Assembly (NCBI GenBank): GCA_963695345.1
Contig: OY968769.1
Span: forward strand, 2,272,001-2,336,000
DNA length: 64,000 bases
From: an uncultured Methanomassiliicoccales archaeon
GTDB taxonomy: Archaea; Thermoplasmatota; Thermoplasmata; Methanomassiliicoccales; UBA472
Direction: 5' to 3'
Made by a program: the position numbers and the translations under genes. The notes under the pieces were generated by a model, which saw nothing but the letters and a program-made list of their open reading frames with translations, did no database searches and was not told where the DNA came from. Shown here piece by piece: positions 56,328 through 64,000 of this stretch (the first letter of the stretch is position 1; every line of letters begins with the position of its first letter).

Positions 56328-57425
56328 TCAGGAGCGCTGTTTGTTGTTCCTTGCCTTGCGCGAAGCCTTCTCCCGCAGTCTCCTTTCGGCCGCCTTCCTC
56401 TCGTCCACCGGCTGGAATTCCTGGGCCATCCAGTCCTTTCGGTAGGAAACCAGTTCTACCACATAGTAGAGCGCCCAGAGGCTCATGCCGATGATCAGGA
56501 GAATGACATACGGCTGGTAATCGAGGTCCACCTGGACCATGCCGATGTCGGCCCGGAACCGTCCCTGGAGGGTGGCGTACCAGATCCACAGGTCGAGCAT
56601 TCCTACGATCACGATGCTGAAACCCATCCGGGACACGGAACCCTTCGGGTAGAACCCCTTGAAGAAGCTCAATGCCGCTATGGGAACGCCCACCAGGAAC
56701 AGCAGCGTCACCGTTGAGCTGAGGGTCTCGGAGAACTGATCGGTGATGGTGTTGCCGATCGAGGATATCAGGGCGTTCATCACGATCACGATGGCGATCG
56801 GTATTATGACGAAGCGCAGCAGCGCACCCCGGGCCATGCGGATCCCTTTGGTGAGGCGGCCGTAGCGGAAGCGGAAGTCATGCCACAGCTTATGCGCCTT
56901 CGGGTCCTCGGGGGCGTGCTGTCTCCGGGGGAGGAAAGGCGTTCCATCGATGGCCGCCTTGGCCTTTTTCCACACCCACCGGTAATCGACCCATTCGCCT
57001 ATCAGGTACAGCATGCCCAGGCCGATGAGCACGGCGAAAAGGTAGAACAAGGACATCATGTCGACGTCCGGGCCAGCCGTCCTCAGGGCGCCATGGATCC
57101 CAGAATCGATGAAAATGACATACCCCAAGGCGATGATCGCCACCGCGCGCATCTGACCGAACACCAGTCTCGAGGCAGTGCCGGCTGGATAGAACTCGCT
57201 GAAAAAGGACAGTATCGCCAGTATGGTGCCGAAAACGACGAAGACCGTTTTCAGTCCCAGCAAGGCCTGGTCCAGGTCGAGCAGGGAAGCGTTGCCAACG
57301 CTCTCCAGCAACGATGATGTGACAAGTATCAGCACGATGGGCAAGATGATGAACTGGGCCACCGCCCGGGCGCTTCCGTAGAGGCCGCTGGCCAGCACTC
57401 CGTATCGGGGGGAGAGGTCGGTCAT
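56328..57425 (-). CDS. Polytopic membrane protein with internal duplication (2 x 4 TM)
   Basis: Start MTDLSP at 57425 overlaps the upstream stop (ATGA); repeated FFxxFYPxGxxSR motif. Confidence 0.8.
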   Translation of the reverse strand: MTDLSPRYGVLASGLYGSARAVAQFIILPIVLILVTSSLLESVGNASLLDLDQALLGLKTVFVVFGTILAILSFFSEFYPAGTASRLVFGQMRAVAIIALGYVIFIDSGIHGALRTAGPDVDMMSLFYLFAVLIGLGMLYLIGEWVDYRWVWKKAKAAIDGTPFLPRRQHAPEDPKAHKLWHDFRFRYGRLTKGIRMARGALLRFVIIPIAIVIVMNALISSIGNTITDQFSETLSSTVTLLFLVGVPIAALSFFKGFYPKGSVSRMGFSIVIVGMLDLWIWYATLQGRFRADIGMVQVDLDYQPYVILLIIGMSLWALYYVVELVSYRKDWMAQEFQPVDERKAAERRLREKASRKARNNKQRS

Positions 57426-58588
57426 GTTCCTCCCACCGGGGCGGTCCAATGATAGGGCCGCGATTGTGTGATAGTCATTCCCATGACGGTCGCGTTCAGG
57501 GTGACCGTCCAGTTCTGGGAATGCGTGAGGAACCAGGAGGATTCGGACAGAGATAGGGGCATCGAGACCTGACCCTGCGTATGTTGGCCAACGGTGACGG
57601 TGGTGGTCCCTTGGGAAATGACAGAGGTCGCGTTCCTGAGGATGCATTCGACCTGCATCTGTTTGCCCAGAACGGCGCAGGCGGCGTCGAAGCCGAAGGA
57701 CACCTGGGCGGACATCGGCGATCCGGAGGAGACGGACGGTGTGCCGACCACGAGGTTCGATATCAACGGATCCCACTGTCTCGAGTAGGTCTGCCTGAAC
57801 TCCGCTCCCTGGAATTCGATGATAACGTCGACCGTCAGATTGTCATGGTTCATCATCAGATGCAGCGCTGCCGCCTGGGATATCACCATCTTCAATCCTC
57901 CGGCATTGTGCTTGGCAATGGGGACCAGGTCCGTTCCCGTACCCAGCACATCCGTCGCATTGCGCAGTATGGTCCTGATGCTGACCTGCTTTCCTACGAT
58001 CAGGTCGCCGGCATCAAAGCCATACGGTACCTGGACCACATACGCCGATCCGTTCTGCTGCATCTGCACGTTCTGCAGGTCGATCTGCAGATTGTCGATC
58101 AACGGGGTCCAATCCATTGTTTGATTGGCTCCGACATGGATGTTCACCAGGCGCTCCATGTAGTATGTCGACAGGGTCAAGGACATGTTCAAGGTGGTGT
58201 GATTGAACGCGAGCTCCCGAAGGATGGACGGCGCCATTCCGTCCAGGTCCATGTCCATTCTGACGTTCAGGAGGGAGGTCTTGCCAGCGACGATATCGGA
58301 CGGTGTGCTGTCGGATTCGGATATCAGGGTCCCGTTCATGTCGGTGAGCCTGATCCCCACCGAGAAATCCTGGATGTCGTAGAACCCGCCATTGTATACC
58401 TGGACTGGCGCTTCGAAAGTGACCACATTGGTCGAGTTATCATAGGTCCAACCGGTGGTCTGGTCCTGCGGGAACTTGATGTCCAGCCCACCGAGGGCCA
58501 ACGGTACCACTGCCAGCAATAGCAACATCGTGGTGATGACGCTGACGATCAGGATCCCGATCCTGACCGACAATAAACCCCAGCGCAT
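57422..58588 (-). CDS. Membrane-anchored protein with three beta-sandwich (LEA-2-like) domains
   Basis: N-terminal TM; VQVYNGGFYDI; duplicated W.PLI.NL..GFDA...GKQ....ILRNAT domains. Confidence 0.75.
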   Translation of the reverse strand: MRWGLLSVRIGILIVSVITTMLLLLAVVPLALGGLDIKFPQDQTTGWTYDNSTNVVTFEAPVQVYNGGFYDIQDFSVGIRLTDMNGTLISESDSTPSDIVAGKTSLLNVRMDMDLDGMAPSILRELAFNHTTLNMSLTLSTYYMERLVNIHVGANQTMDWTPLIDNLQIDLQNVQMQQNGSAYVVQVPYGFDAGDLIVGKQVSIRTILRNATDVLGTGTDLVPIAKHNAGGLKMVISQAAALHLMMNHDNLTVDVIIEFQGAEFRQTYSRQWDPLISNLVVGTPSVSSGSPMSAQVSFGFDAACAVLGKQMQVECILRNATSVISQGTTTVTVGQHTQGQVSMPLSLSESSWFLTHSQNWTVTLNATVMGMTITQSRPYHWTAPVGGT

Positions 58589-58679
58589 TGAAAACTCATT
58601 TATTCTTCGTTATTAAAGGCCTCGCACCTGGGTCCGTTTTTTGAAATCTGGCGCCTTAATCCGTGTCATTCGAACGCCC

Positions 58680-58890
58680 ATGCCATTCCGGAGAATGTCG
58701 GCCACCCACCTACCGGGTGATCTGGTGCCGGCCAGGAAACGGTCATCGTCGACTGACGACGCCTGGAGATGGAACGGCCCAAGGCCATCAGGATAACGGA
58801 ACCCCTCCGCCTCCATGGACCAGGCGTCCCGATTCCATTGATGGCCAGGTCATCGAATCTGACTGGACTCATAAGATGTTCCAGGCACCA
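58680..58890. ncRNA. Candidate structured RNA or non-autonomous element
   Basis: Nested complementarity: TGGTGCC/GGCACCA, GACGCCTGG/CCAGGCGTC, ATGGA/TCCAT, plus two apical hairpins. Confidence 0.35.
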
Positions 58891-58942
58891 TTTGTACCGA
58901 TATTGTTAAATCGGCTATCCTGTTTTATCTGAACGTACGGTT

Positions 58943-59371
58943 ATGGTAAAACAGAAGCTCGAGATCGAATGTCCGGTCTGCGACGCAAAAATAAGCATTG
59001 ACGCTCGTTCGTGCCCCAGATGCGGCGCCGACCTGGGCATGGCCGACTTCCAGGACCTGGAAAACCTGGCCAAGGACATTTCGGAAGGAAAAACGAACTT
59101 CGAGGAGCCTCAGGAAAAAGGGGAGGCTCCGGAGAACGAGCGGGAGAGGGAGATGACCGAAGAGGTCCAGGTTCCTCCCAAGGACGATCCAGAACCGGAA
59201 GTCAAGGAAAAGAAGAAGGAATCTGTTCCCAATGTCGAGGAACCGGCACCAAAAGCCCTCCCGAAGGTAGAACCTCCTAAAGAAGAGGTCAAGGAGGAAG
59301 AGGAAGCGGTCCAGGACGATGCGGGAAAGAAAAAGGGCTTATTCTCGAAATTCTTCGGGAAGAAGAAGTGA
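58943..59371 (+). CDS. Zinc-ribbon protein with acidic linker and C-terminal amphipathic helix
   Basis: CPVC..CPRC; E/K/P-rich linker; KKKGLFSKFFGKKK. Confidence 0.8.
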   Translation: MVKQKLEIECPVCDAKISIDARSCPRCGADLGMADFQDLENLAKDISEGKTNFEEPQEKGEAPENEREREMTEEVQVPPKDDPEPEVKEKKKESVPNVEEPAPKALPKVEPPKEEVKEEEEAVQDDAGKKKGLFSKFFGKKK

Positions 59372-59379
59372 CCTGAATC

Positions 59380-59874
59380 ATGAGCGACATCCGGATCAAA
59401 AAGAGGGGGAGGCTCCGGGAGAAGGAGATCAAATCATTGTCCGAGGAGATCACCTCGCGGGTAGGAATGCAGGTTTTCACCCTCAAGGACACGATCGACA
59501 AGGCGGAGAGCTCGGATTTCGACGTCCTTTTCGTTAACAATGAGATACTGGCCTTGGTCATTTCTGGAAGGGCGTTTCTGACGGTCAAGGGTGTTCTGAA
59601 GTACAACCCTCCGAAATCCTATGTCACCGTCGATATGGGGGCGGTCCCCTTCGTGGTCAAGGGGGCGGACATCATGGGGCCCGGTATCGTCGACGCGGAC
59701 AAGGACATAAAGCCAGGGGATTTCGTCTGGGTGAGGGACGTCAAGAACCTGCGCGCTTTGGCCATCGGTGAGGCATTGGTGTCCGGGGAGGAGATGCTGG
59801 GAAGGAAATCCGGCAAGGCCATCAAGAACCTGCACTACGTTGGCGACAAACTCTGGAAGTACGATGAAAGATAG
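59380..59874 (+). CDS. DUF1947/pre-PUA + PUA RNA-binding protein (Tma20/MCT-1-like)
   Basis: LREKEIK..; YVTVDMGAVPFVVKGADIMGPGIVDAD..ALAIG..GKAIKNLHYVGDKLW. Confidence 0.93.
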   Translation: MSDIRIKKRGRLREKEIKSLSEEITSRVGMQVFTLKDTIDKAESSDFDVLFVNNEILALVISGRAFLTVKGVLKYNPPKSYVTVDMGAVPFVVKGADIMGPGIVDADKDIKPGDFVWVRDVKNLRALAIGEALVSGEEMLGRKSGKAIKNLHYVGDKLWKYDER

Positions 59875-59992
59875 TTCGTGCAGTCCATGGCCCAATCAGT
59901 TCGATCGAGGGTCCCGGCTCTTCGGTCGTTGTAAAAAGCGATGCAAACTCTAAATATGCCCGCCCTACTTCGTACCTTAGTAGCAATTATCG

Positions 59993-61897
59993 ATGCCAGT
60001 AGGTATTCATATGCGGAACAGGGCAGCCGTGGTCGGTATGATTTTGTTGTTGACCATCTCGTCGTTCATACCGGTCCAGTTTACCGCCGTTGCGGTAACG
60101 AGTGGTGACTACGACTATTCTATCATCAACAACGAAACCGCGGTGGAGATAACATCATACACCGGGTCCGCGAACGAAGTCACCATTCCCGATACGATCG
60201 ATGGTTATCCGGTCCTCTCGATCGGCGGGTTCGCTTTCTACTCGGACACCGACCTTAGCAAGGTGGTCATACCCCAGGGGGTCACCAACATAGGTTATTC
60301 CGCATTCTATCAGTGCATCGCCTTGAAGACCGTCTCCATTCCCGATTCGGTCACCACCATAGGCAATGGTGCTTTCTATGAGTGCAGATCGTTGTCATCC
60401 CTCGCTCTCCCTGACGGTCTGGTGTCCATCGATGCCTACGCGTTCTATGGCAGCGATCTGACGACCATCGTCATTCCGGACGGCGTCAGCACCATCGGGA
60501 ACAATGCCTTCCAGGGGTGCCATAACCTCACCTCGGTCACTCTTCCCAGAGGGCTGAACTTGCTGGAGGGCGAAGAGTTCGCGGAGTGCTATGACCTGAC
60601 CTCCATAAATATTCCGGACGGTGTCATCAGCATCGGTGAGGCCTCGTTCTTCAATTGCACCTCGTTGACCTCGATCGCGATCCCAGACAGTGTCGTGAGC
60701 ATCGGGGACAATGCGTTCCAAGGATGTGCCGGATTGACCCAGGTGACCATCGGATCAGGGCTGGCCTCCATAGGCTCCGCCGCATTCTACGGGTGCAGGT
60801 CGATAACGTCAATCCTATTGCCGGATAGTGTGGTCTCCATCGGATCTGCGGCATTCTCCGGTTGCACAGCGCTGACCACACTGAGGCTGGGAAGCGAACT
60901 TGCAGGCATCGGGGCCCTGACCTGCCATGGCTGCCAATCCCTGGTGACGCTTGAGGTACCAGACACCGTTTCGTTCATCGGATATAGCGCATTCTTTAAT
61001 TGCACCGCCCTGAGCAGCGTTGTCATCGGGAGCGGTGTCACATACATCGGTAAAACGGCGTTCGGGAACTGTTCCACCCTGACCTCGGTCGTCTTCAAGA
61101 GCGGAGCGCCATCGGTGGCTTCCGACTGGGTCTTGAATCATAATTCCAGCCTCAGCATCAAAAGCTATGCCGGGGCTGACGGTTTCACCATGCCGCTCTG
61201 GGAGGGCATCGCTTCAGAACAGAACGGATCGGAAATGGCCGCGCCCAATGGTCTGAGCGCAGATCTCCGCCCCGCTTCCGTGTGGCTTTCCTGGAAGGGT
61301 CTGCAGGGGGAAATCAACTCCTCCATCGACTACTACATCGTCTACCAGGACGGAATAGATGTCAAGCACGTGAACGGAACTTCGACCGTTTTCACCGGAC
61401 TTGAAACTGGCAGGACGTACACCTTTAAGGTTTCGGCACACTCCGCCTCGGTACCCGGTCTGAACTCGACCTCCCTGGCGGCCGGGCCCATCTATCCTCA
61501 GGTACCCATCAGCGTGAACATCGTCACCCCGACGGAGGATTCCAAGCTGGTGACCGGGAACGTGGAGCTGAGATGGACGGTGAGCGGCAATTCGTTTGCG
61601 GTCGCATACTATCTGGTCAGCATCGACGATGGTCCCCAGGTCAGGCTGGCAGTGGAGGTGAACAACTACACCATGATCGGTCAGGGCGTCGGGGTCCACG
61701 AAGCGAACGTCACGGCGACTGACGGTATGGGCGGTTCGGCATTCGATCGGGTCTCATTCACGATCAACGCGACATCCACAACCGATGCTCCAGGGAGATC
61801 GAGTGATGATTCGGCCTTGATCGTGGTCGTGATTATCGTTGTATTGTTGGGCGCACTCGCCGCCATTGTCTGGGTACATCGAAGAAGAAAGAAGTGA
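59993..61897 (+). CDS. BspA-type leucine-rich repeat (LRR_5) surface protein with FN3 and Ig domains and TM anchor
   Basis: About 13 repeats IGxxAFxxCxxLxxxxIPDSVxx; FN3 (W..YYIVYQDG..GLETGRTYTFKV); TM + RRRKK. Confidence 0.93.
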   Translation: MPVGIHMRNRAAVVGMILLLTISSFIPVQFTAVAVTSGDYDYSIINNETAVEITSYTGSANEVTIPDTIDGYPVLSIGGFAFYSDTDLSKVVIPQGVTNIGYSAFYQCIALKTVSIPDSVTTIGNGAFYECRSLSSLALPDGLVSIDAYAFYGSDLTTIVIPDGVSTIGNNAFQGCHNLTSVTLPRGLNLLEGEEFAECYDLTSINIPDGVISIGEASFFNCTSLTSIAIPDSVVSIGDNAFQGCAGLTQVTIGSGLASIGSAAFYGCRSITSILLPDSVVSIGSAAFSGCTALTTLRLGSELAGIGALTCHGCQSLVTLEVPDTVSFIGYSAFFNCTALSSVVIGSGVTYIGKTAFGNCSTLTSVVFKSGAPSVASDWVLNHNSSLSIKSYAGADGFTMPLWEGIASEQNGSEMAAPNGLSADLRPASVWLSWKGLQGEINSSIDYYIVYQDGIDVKHVNGTSTVFTGLETGRTYTFKVSAHSASVPGLNSTSLAAGPIYPQVPISVNIVTPTEDSKLVTGNVELRWTVSGNSFAVAYYLVSIDDGPQVRLAVEVNNYTMIGQGVGVHEANVTATDGMGGSAFDRVSFTINATSTTDAPGRSSDDSALIVVVIIVVLLGALAAIVWVHRRRKK

Positions 61898-62199
61898 GGG
61901 TCGGCATGATGGCCACTGCCTCGGTCCGTTTAAGATGAGGCCTTATTCAATATGGAACCAGGAATTGTATACAATCGTTAAATAGAAACTGTCAAATATA
62001 TTACATCGACTAGTTTTGATGATGCTTGTCTGGACAGCACAAGCAAAGAATGGAAGGGAGGATTTTAGATTATGCTCGACCTGCAGACCGGTTCCCATGT
62101 CAGAGGCCCGATTCAGACGTGGACAGTTACAAAGGGGTCGATCTGATGAGAATTCACGAAACATCTTCGGATCGGTCCCCACAGGATGCTCGAACGCCG

Positions 62200-62583
62200 A
62201 TGAAAACCCCATGTGAGCTGGTCGTCGGATATGTACTGCCATTGATACGGAGGGGGATGGCAGATGAATTGATGGACACTCACAACATCAGTCAAGCGCA
62301 GGTCGCCAGATACTTCGGGGTCACCGATTCGGCGATCAGTTTCTACCGCAATAATAAACGCACATACATCGATGGCTTCGAGAAAACAAAACAGTACTTG
62401 GACCTGAAGTTCGAGATCGAAGGCGGGGCCATTAAGCTGATTAACGGCATCGATTTCCAAACCATAGTGTGTCAGATATGCACGAACTTGAGGGGCTCGG
62501 GATTGCTGGAACTGATTCAGGAGGAGGTGGCTAGAACATCGAGGAACGGACGATTCCCGGACCGTTTGGTCCTCATCAGATGA
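62200..62583 (+). CDS. COG2522-type archaeal HTH regulator (copy 2)
   Basis: MKTPCELVVGYVLPLIRRGMADEL..ISQAQVARYFGVTDSAISFYR..VCQIC; close paralog of 31180..31572. Confidence 0.85.
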   Translation: MKTPCELVVGYVLPLIRRGMADELMDTHNISQAQVARYFGVTDSAISFYRNNKRTYIDGFEKTKQYLDLKFEIEGGAIKLINGIDFQTIVCQICTNLRGSGLLELIQEEVARTSRNGRFPDRLVLIR

Positions 62584-62875
62584 ATGCGTGAGCTGACATC
62601 GTAAGGAACGGCTTCTTGTGATCGCCCCGGTCCGGTTGAAGCATCCCATTTATTCCCCACGGCAGCCATTCCTCGTATCATTTTGAAGGTCGTTTTGATC
62701 TCAGGCGACCTGCCAATCTCACCGCAGACGATCACGCTTCCTCTTTGGAGGCCTCGAGCGTCATCCCAAGATGATGTTCCCTGGGAGACTGCCTTTCAGG
62801 CAATCCAGATATTCTGGGGCCGAAATGTTAATATTATGTCACCCCATTTCTGAACCAATCAAAGAGGGATGCAAC

Positions 62876-63256
62876 TTGCCGCTGTTGAAGAAGCCGTTGA
62901 GAAAGGGGAAGGATGACGTTCAGACCGTTGAGACAGATCAATACATCGATCTCGGGGCACTGTATTTCCAAGAGGACAGCCCGCTCGCCGGGAACGGTAT
63001 GATCAAGGTCGCCGAGGTCTATCGTTTCGAGGACGTCACATCCGTAAGCCAGCCGGTCTACAATGGCAACATCGTCCTCATCGATTATTCGCCGATCGAG
63101 AACGACCAGCAGACCCTGAAGAAGATCACGAACGAGCTGAAGAACATCGCCCGCGACACCGGCGGCGACGTTGCGGCGATCGGGAACAACCTGATCGTGG
63201 TGGCGCCCAACGGGATCAAGATCGACAGGCACAAGATCAAGGGCGGCTTCAACTAA
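62876..63256 (+). CDS. sepF: Cell division protein SepF (archaeal type), TTG start
   Basis: QYIDL..MIKVAEV..DV....VYNGNIVLIDY....LKKITNELK......GGDVAAIG.NLIVVAPNGIKIDR; GAGG SD before TTG. Confidence 0.88.
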   Translation: MPLLKKPLRKGKDDVQTVETDQYIDLGALYFQEDSPLAGNGMIKVAEVYRFEDVTSVSQPVYNGNIVLIDYSPIENDQQTLKKITNELKNIARDTGGDVAAIGNNLIVVAPNGIKIDRHKIKGGFN

Positions 63257-63266
63257 ACATATTACG

Positions 63267-63285
63267 CCCGGGGCATGGCCCCGGG
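63267..63285. terminator. GC-rich hairpin after sepF
   Basis: CCCGGGGC-ATG-GCCCCGGG; no clear T-tract. Confidence 0.45.
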
Positions 63286-63332
63286 ATAACTGTTCTCAAA
63301 GCCAATATATAGTCCAATCCTGATTTTCCTCC

Positions 63333-64000
63333 GTGCCAGATTATAAGGTCATCCATGACAGCGTCCATGGCAGCGTCAAGGTGAGCGGTGTCTATCTGGA
63401 CCTGCTCCAGAGGCCAGAGGTCCAGCGCCTCCATGGGGTGCATCAGCTCGGATTGGCCTATCTGGTGTTCCCCGGGGCGCACCACACCCGGATGGAGCAT
63501 TCTCTCGGCACCTATCAGATCGCCTCCCGCATGGCGGCCGCGCTGGACATCCCGGAACATGAGCGGAAATGCGTCCTGGCGGCGGCGATGCTGCACGATA
63601 TCGGTCACGCTCCCTACTCCCACACCCTGGAGTGTGTCCTGGAGGAGCGGACCGGGATGACCCATACCGACATCGGCAGGGCGCTCATCAAGGGGGAGAT
63701 GCGTCACATCGATCCCAAGGAAGGCGAGGTCATCGGGGACCGGGGACCGATAGCCGACCTGCTGGAATCAGAAGGGATATCGTCCGACCTGGTGACCGAC
63801 CTGATCGTCTCTCCGCGCGGACCGGACCTGAGCGGTCAGAAGAAGTTGCCACTGGAAGGTGTGCAGACCTATTTCAACGAGAACAACTACCTGAGGCAGG
63901 TGATCCACGGCCCGGTGGACGCCGACCAGATGGACTATCTGGTGCGGGACGCCCACTATACCGGTGTGGCCCATGGGACCATCGATATCGATCGGATCAT
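63333..64000 (+). CDS. HD-domain phosphohydrolase (COG1078, SAMHD1/dNTPase-like), runs off the window end
   Basis: Not in the ORF track. GTG CCA GAT TAT AAG GTC ATC CAT GAC AGC GTC CAT GGC reads MPDYKVIHDSVHG..QRLHGVHQLG..VFPGAHHTRMEHSLG..LHDIGHAPYSHTLE..DADQMDYLVRDAHYTGV. Confidence 0.93.
   Translation, partial: MPDYKVIHDSVHGSVKVSGVYLDLLQRPEVQRLHGVHQLGLAYLVFPGAHHTRMEHSLGTYQIASRMAAALDIPEHERKCVLAAAMLHDIGHAPYSHTLECVLEERTGMTHTDIGRALIKGEMRHIDPKEGEVIGDRGPIADLLESEGISSDLVTDLIVSPRGPDLSGQKKLPLEGVQTYFNENNYLRQVIHGPVDADQMDYLVRDAHYTGVAHGTIDIDRI

Overview
GC-rich (roughly 55-65% in genes, by eye) archaeal chromosomal segment. Archaeal-type SepF, a DUF1947-PUA protein, an HTH-10 regulator, COG2522-type HTH proteins, an ArlH/FlaH-like domain, TTATC/TATA-type promoters and FN3-rich adhesins suggest a Methanomassiliicoccales-like Thermoplasmata genome (inference, no search run). 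About 39 CDS. About 40% of the window encodes large exported or surface proteins: two beta-helix proteins, two papain-family (C1) proteases on different Ig/FN3 stalks, a 17xFN3 adhesin, a Cys-rich Ig-repeat protein, a BspA-type LRR protein and a PQQ-like propeller. The rest comprises three tandem Zn-ribbon/TM/beta-barrel paralogs, a NodU/CmcH carbamoyltransferase, PAS/GAF two-component proteins, two paralogous P5C-dehydrogenase-like ALDHs, two ABC-2 exporters and housekeeping genes (E1-like ThiF/MoeB, PadR, PUA, SepF, HD hydrolase). I saw no tRNA, rRNA, CRISPR array, integrase or transposase. Signals worth follow-up: a hidden triple frameshift in a kinase, a frameshift that removes a protease's membrane anchor, a highly structured intergenic element (58680-58890), a motif conserved about 80 nt upstream of two paralogous regulators, a Zn-ribbon protein with a MinD-like membrane-targeting tail, and frequent UAG stop codons. 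All family assignments come from motif recognition by eye.
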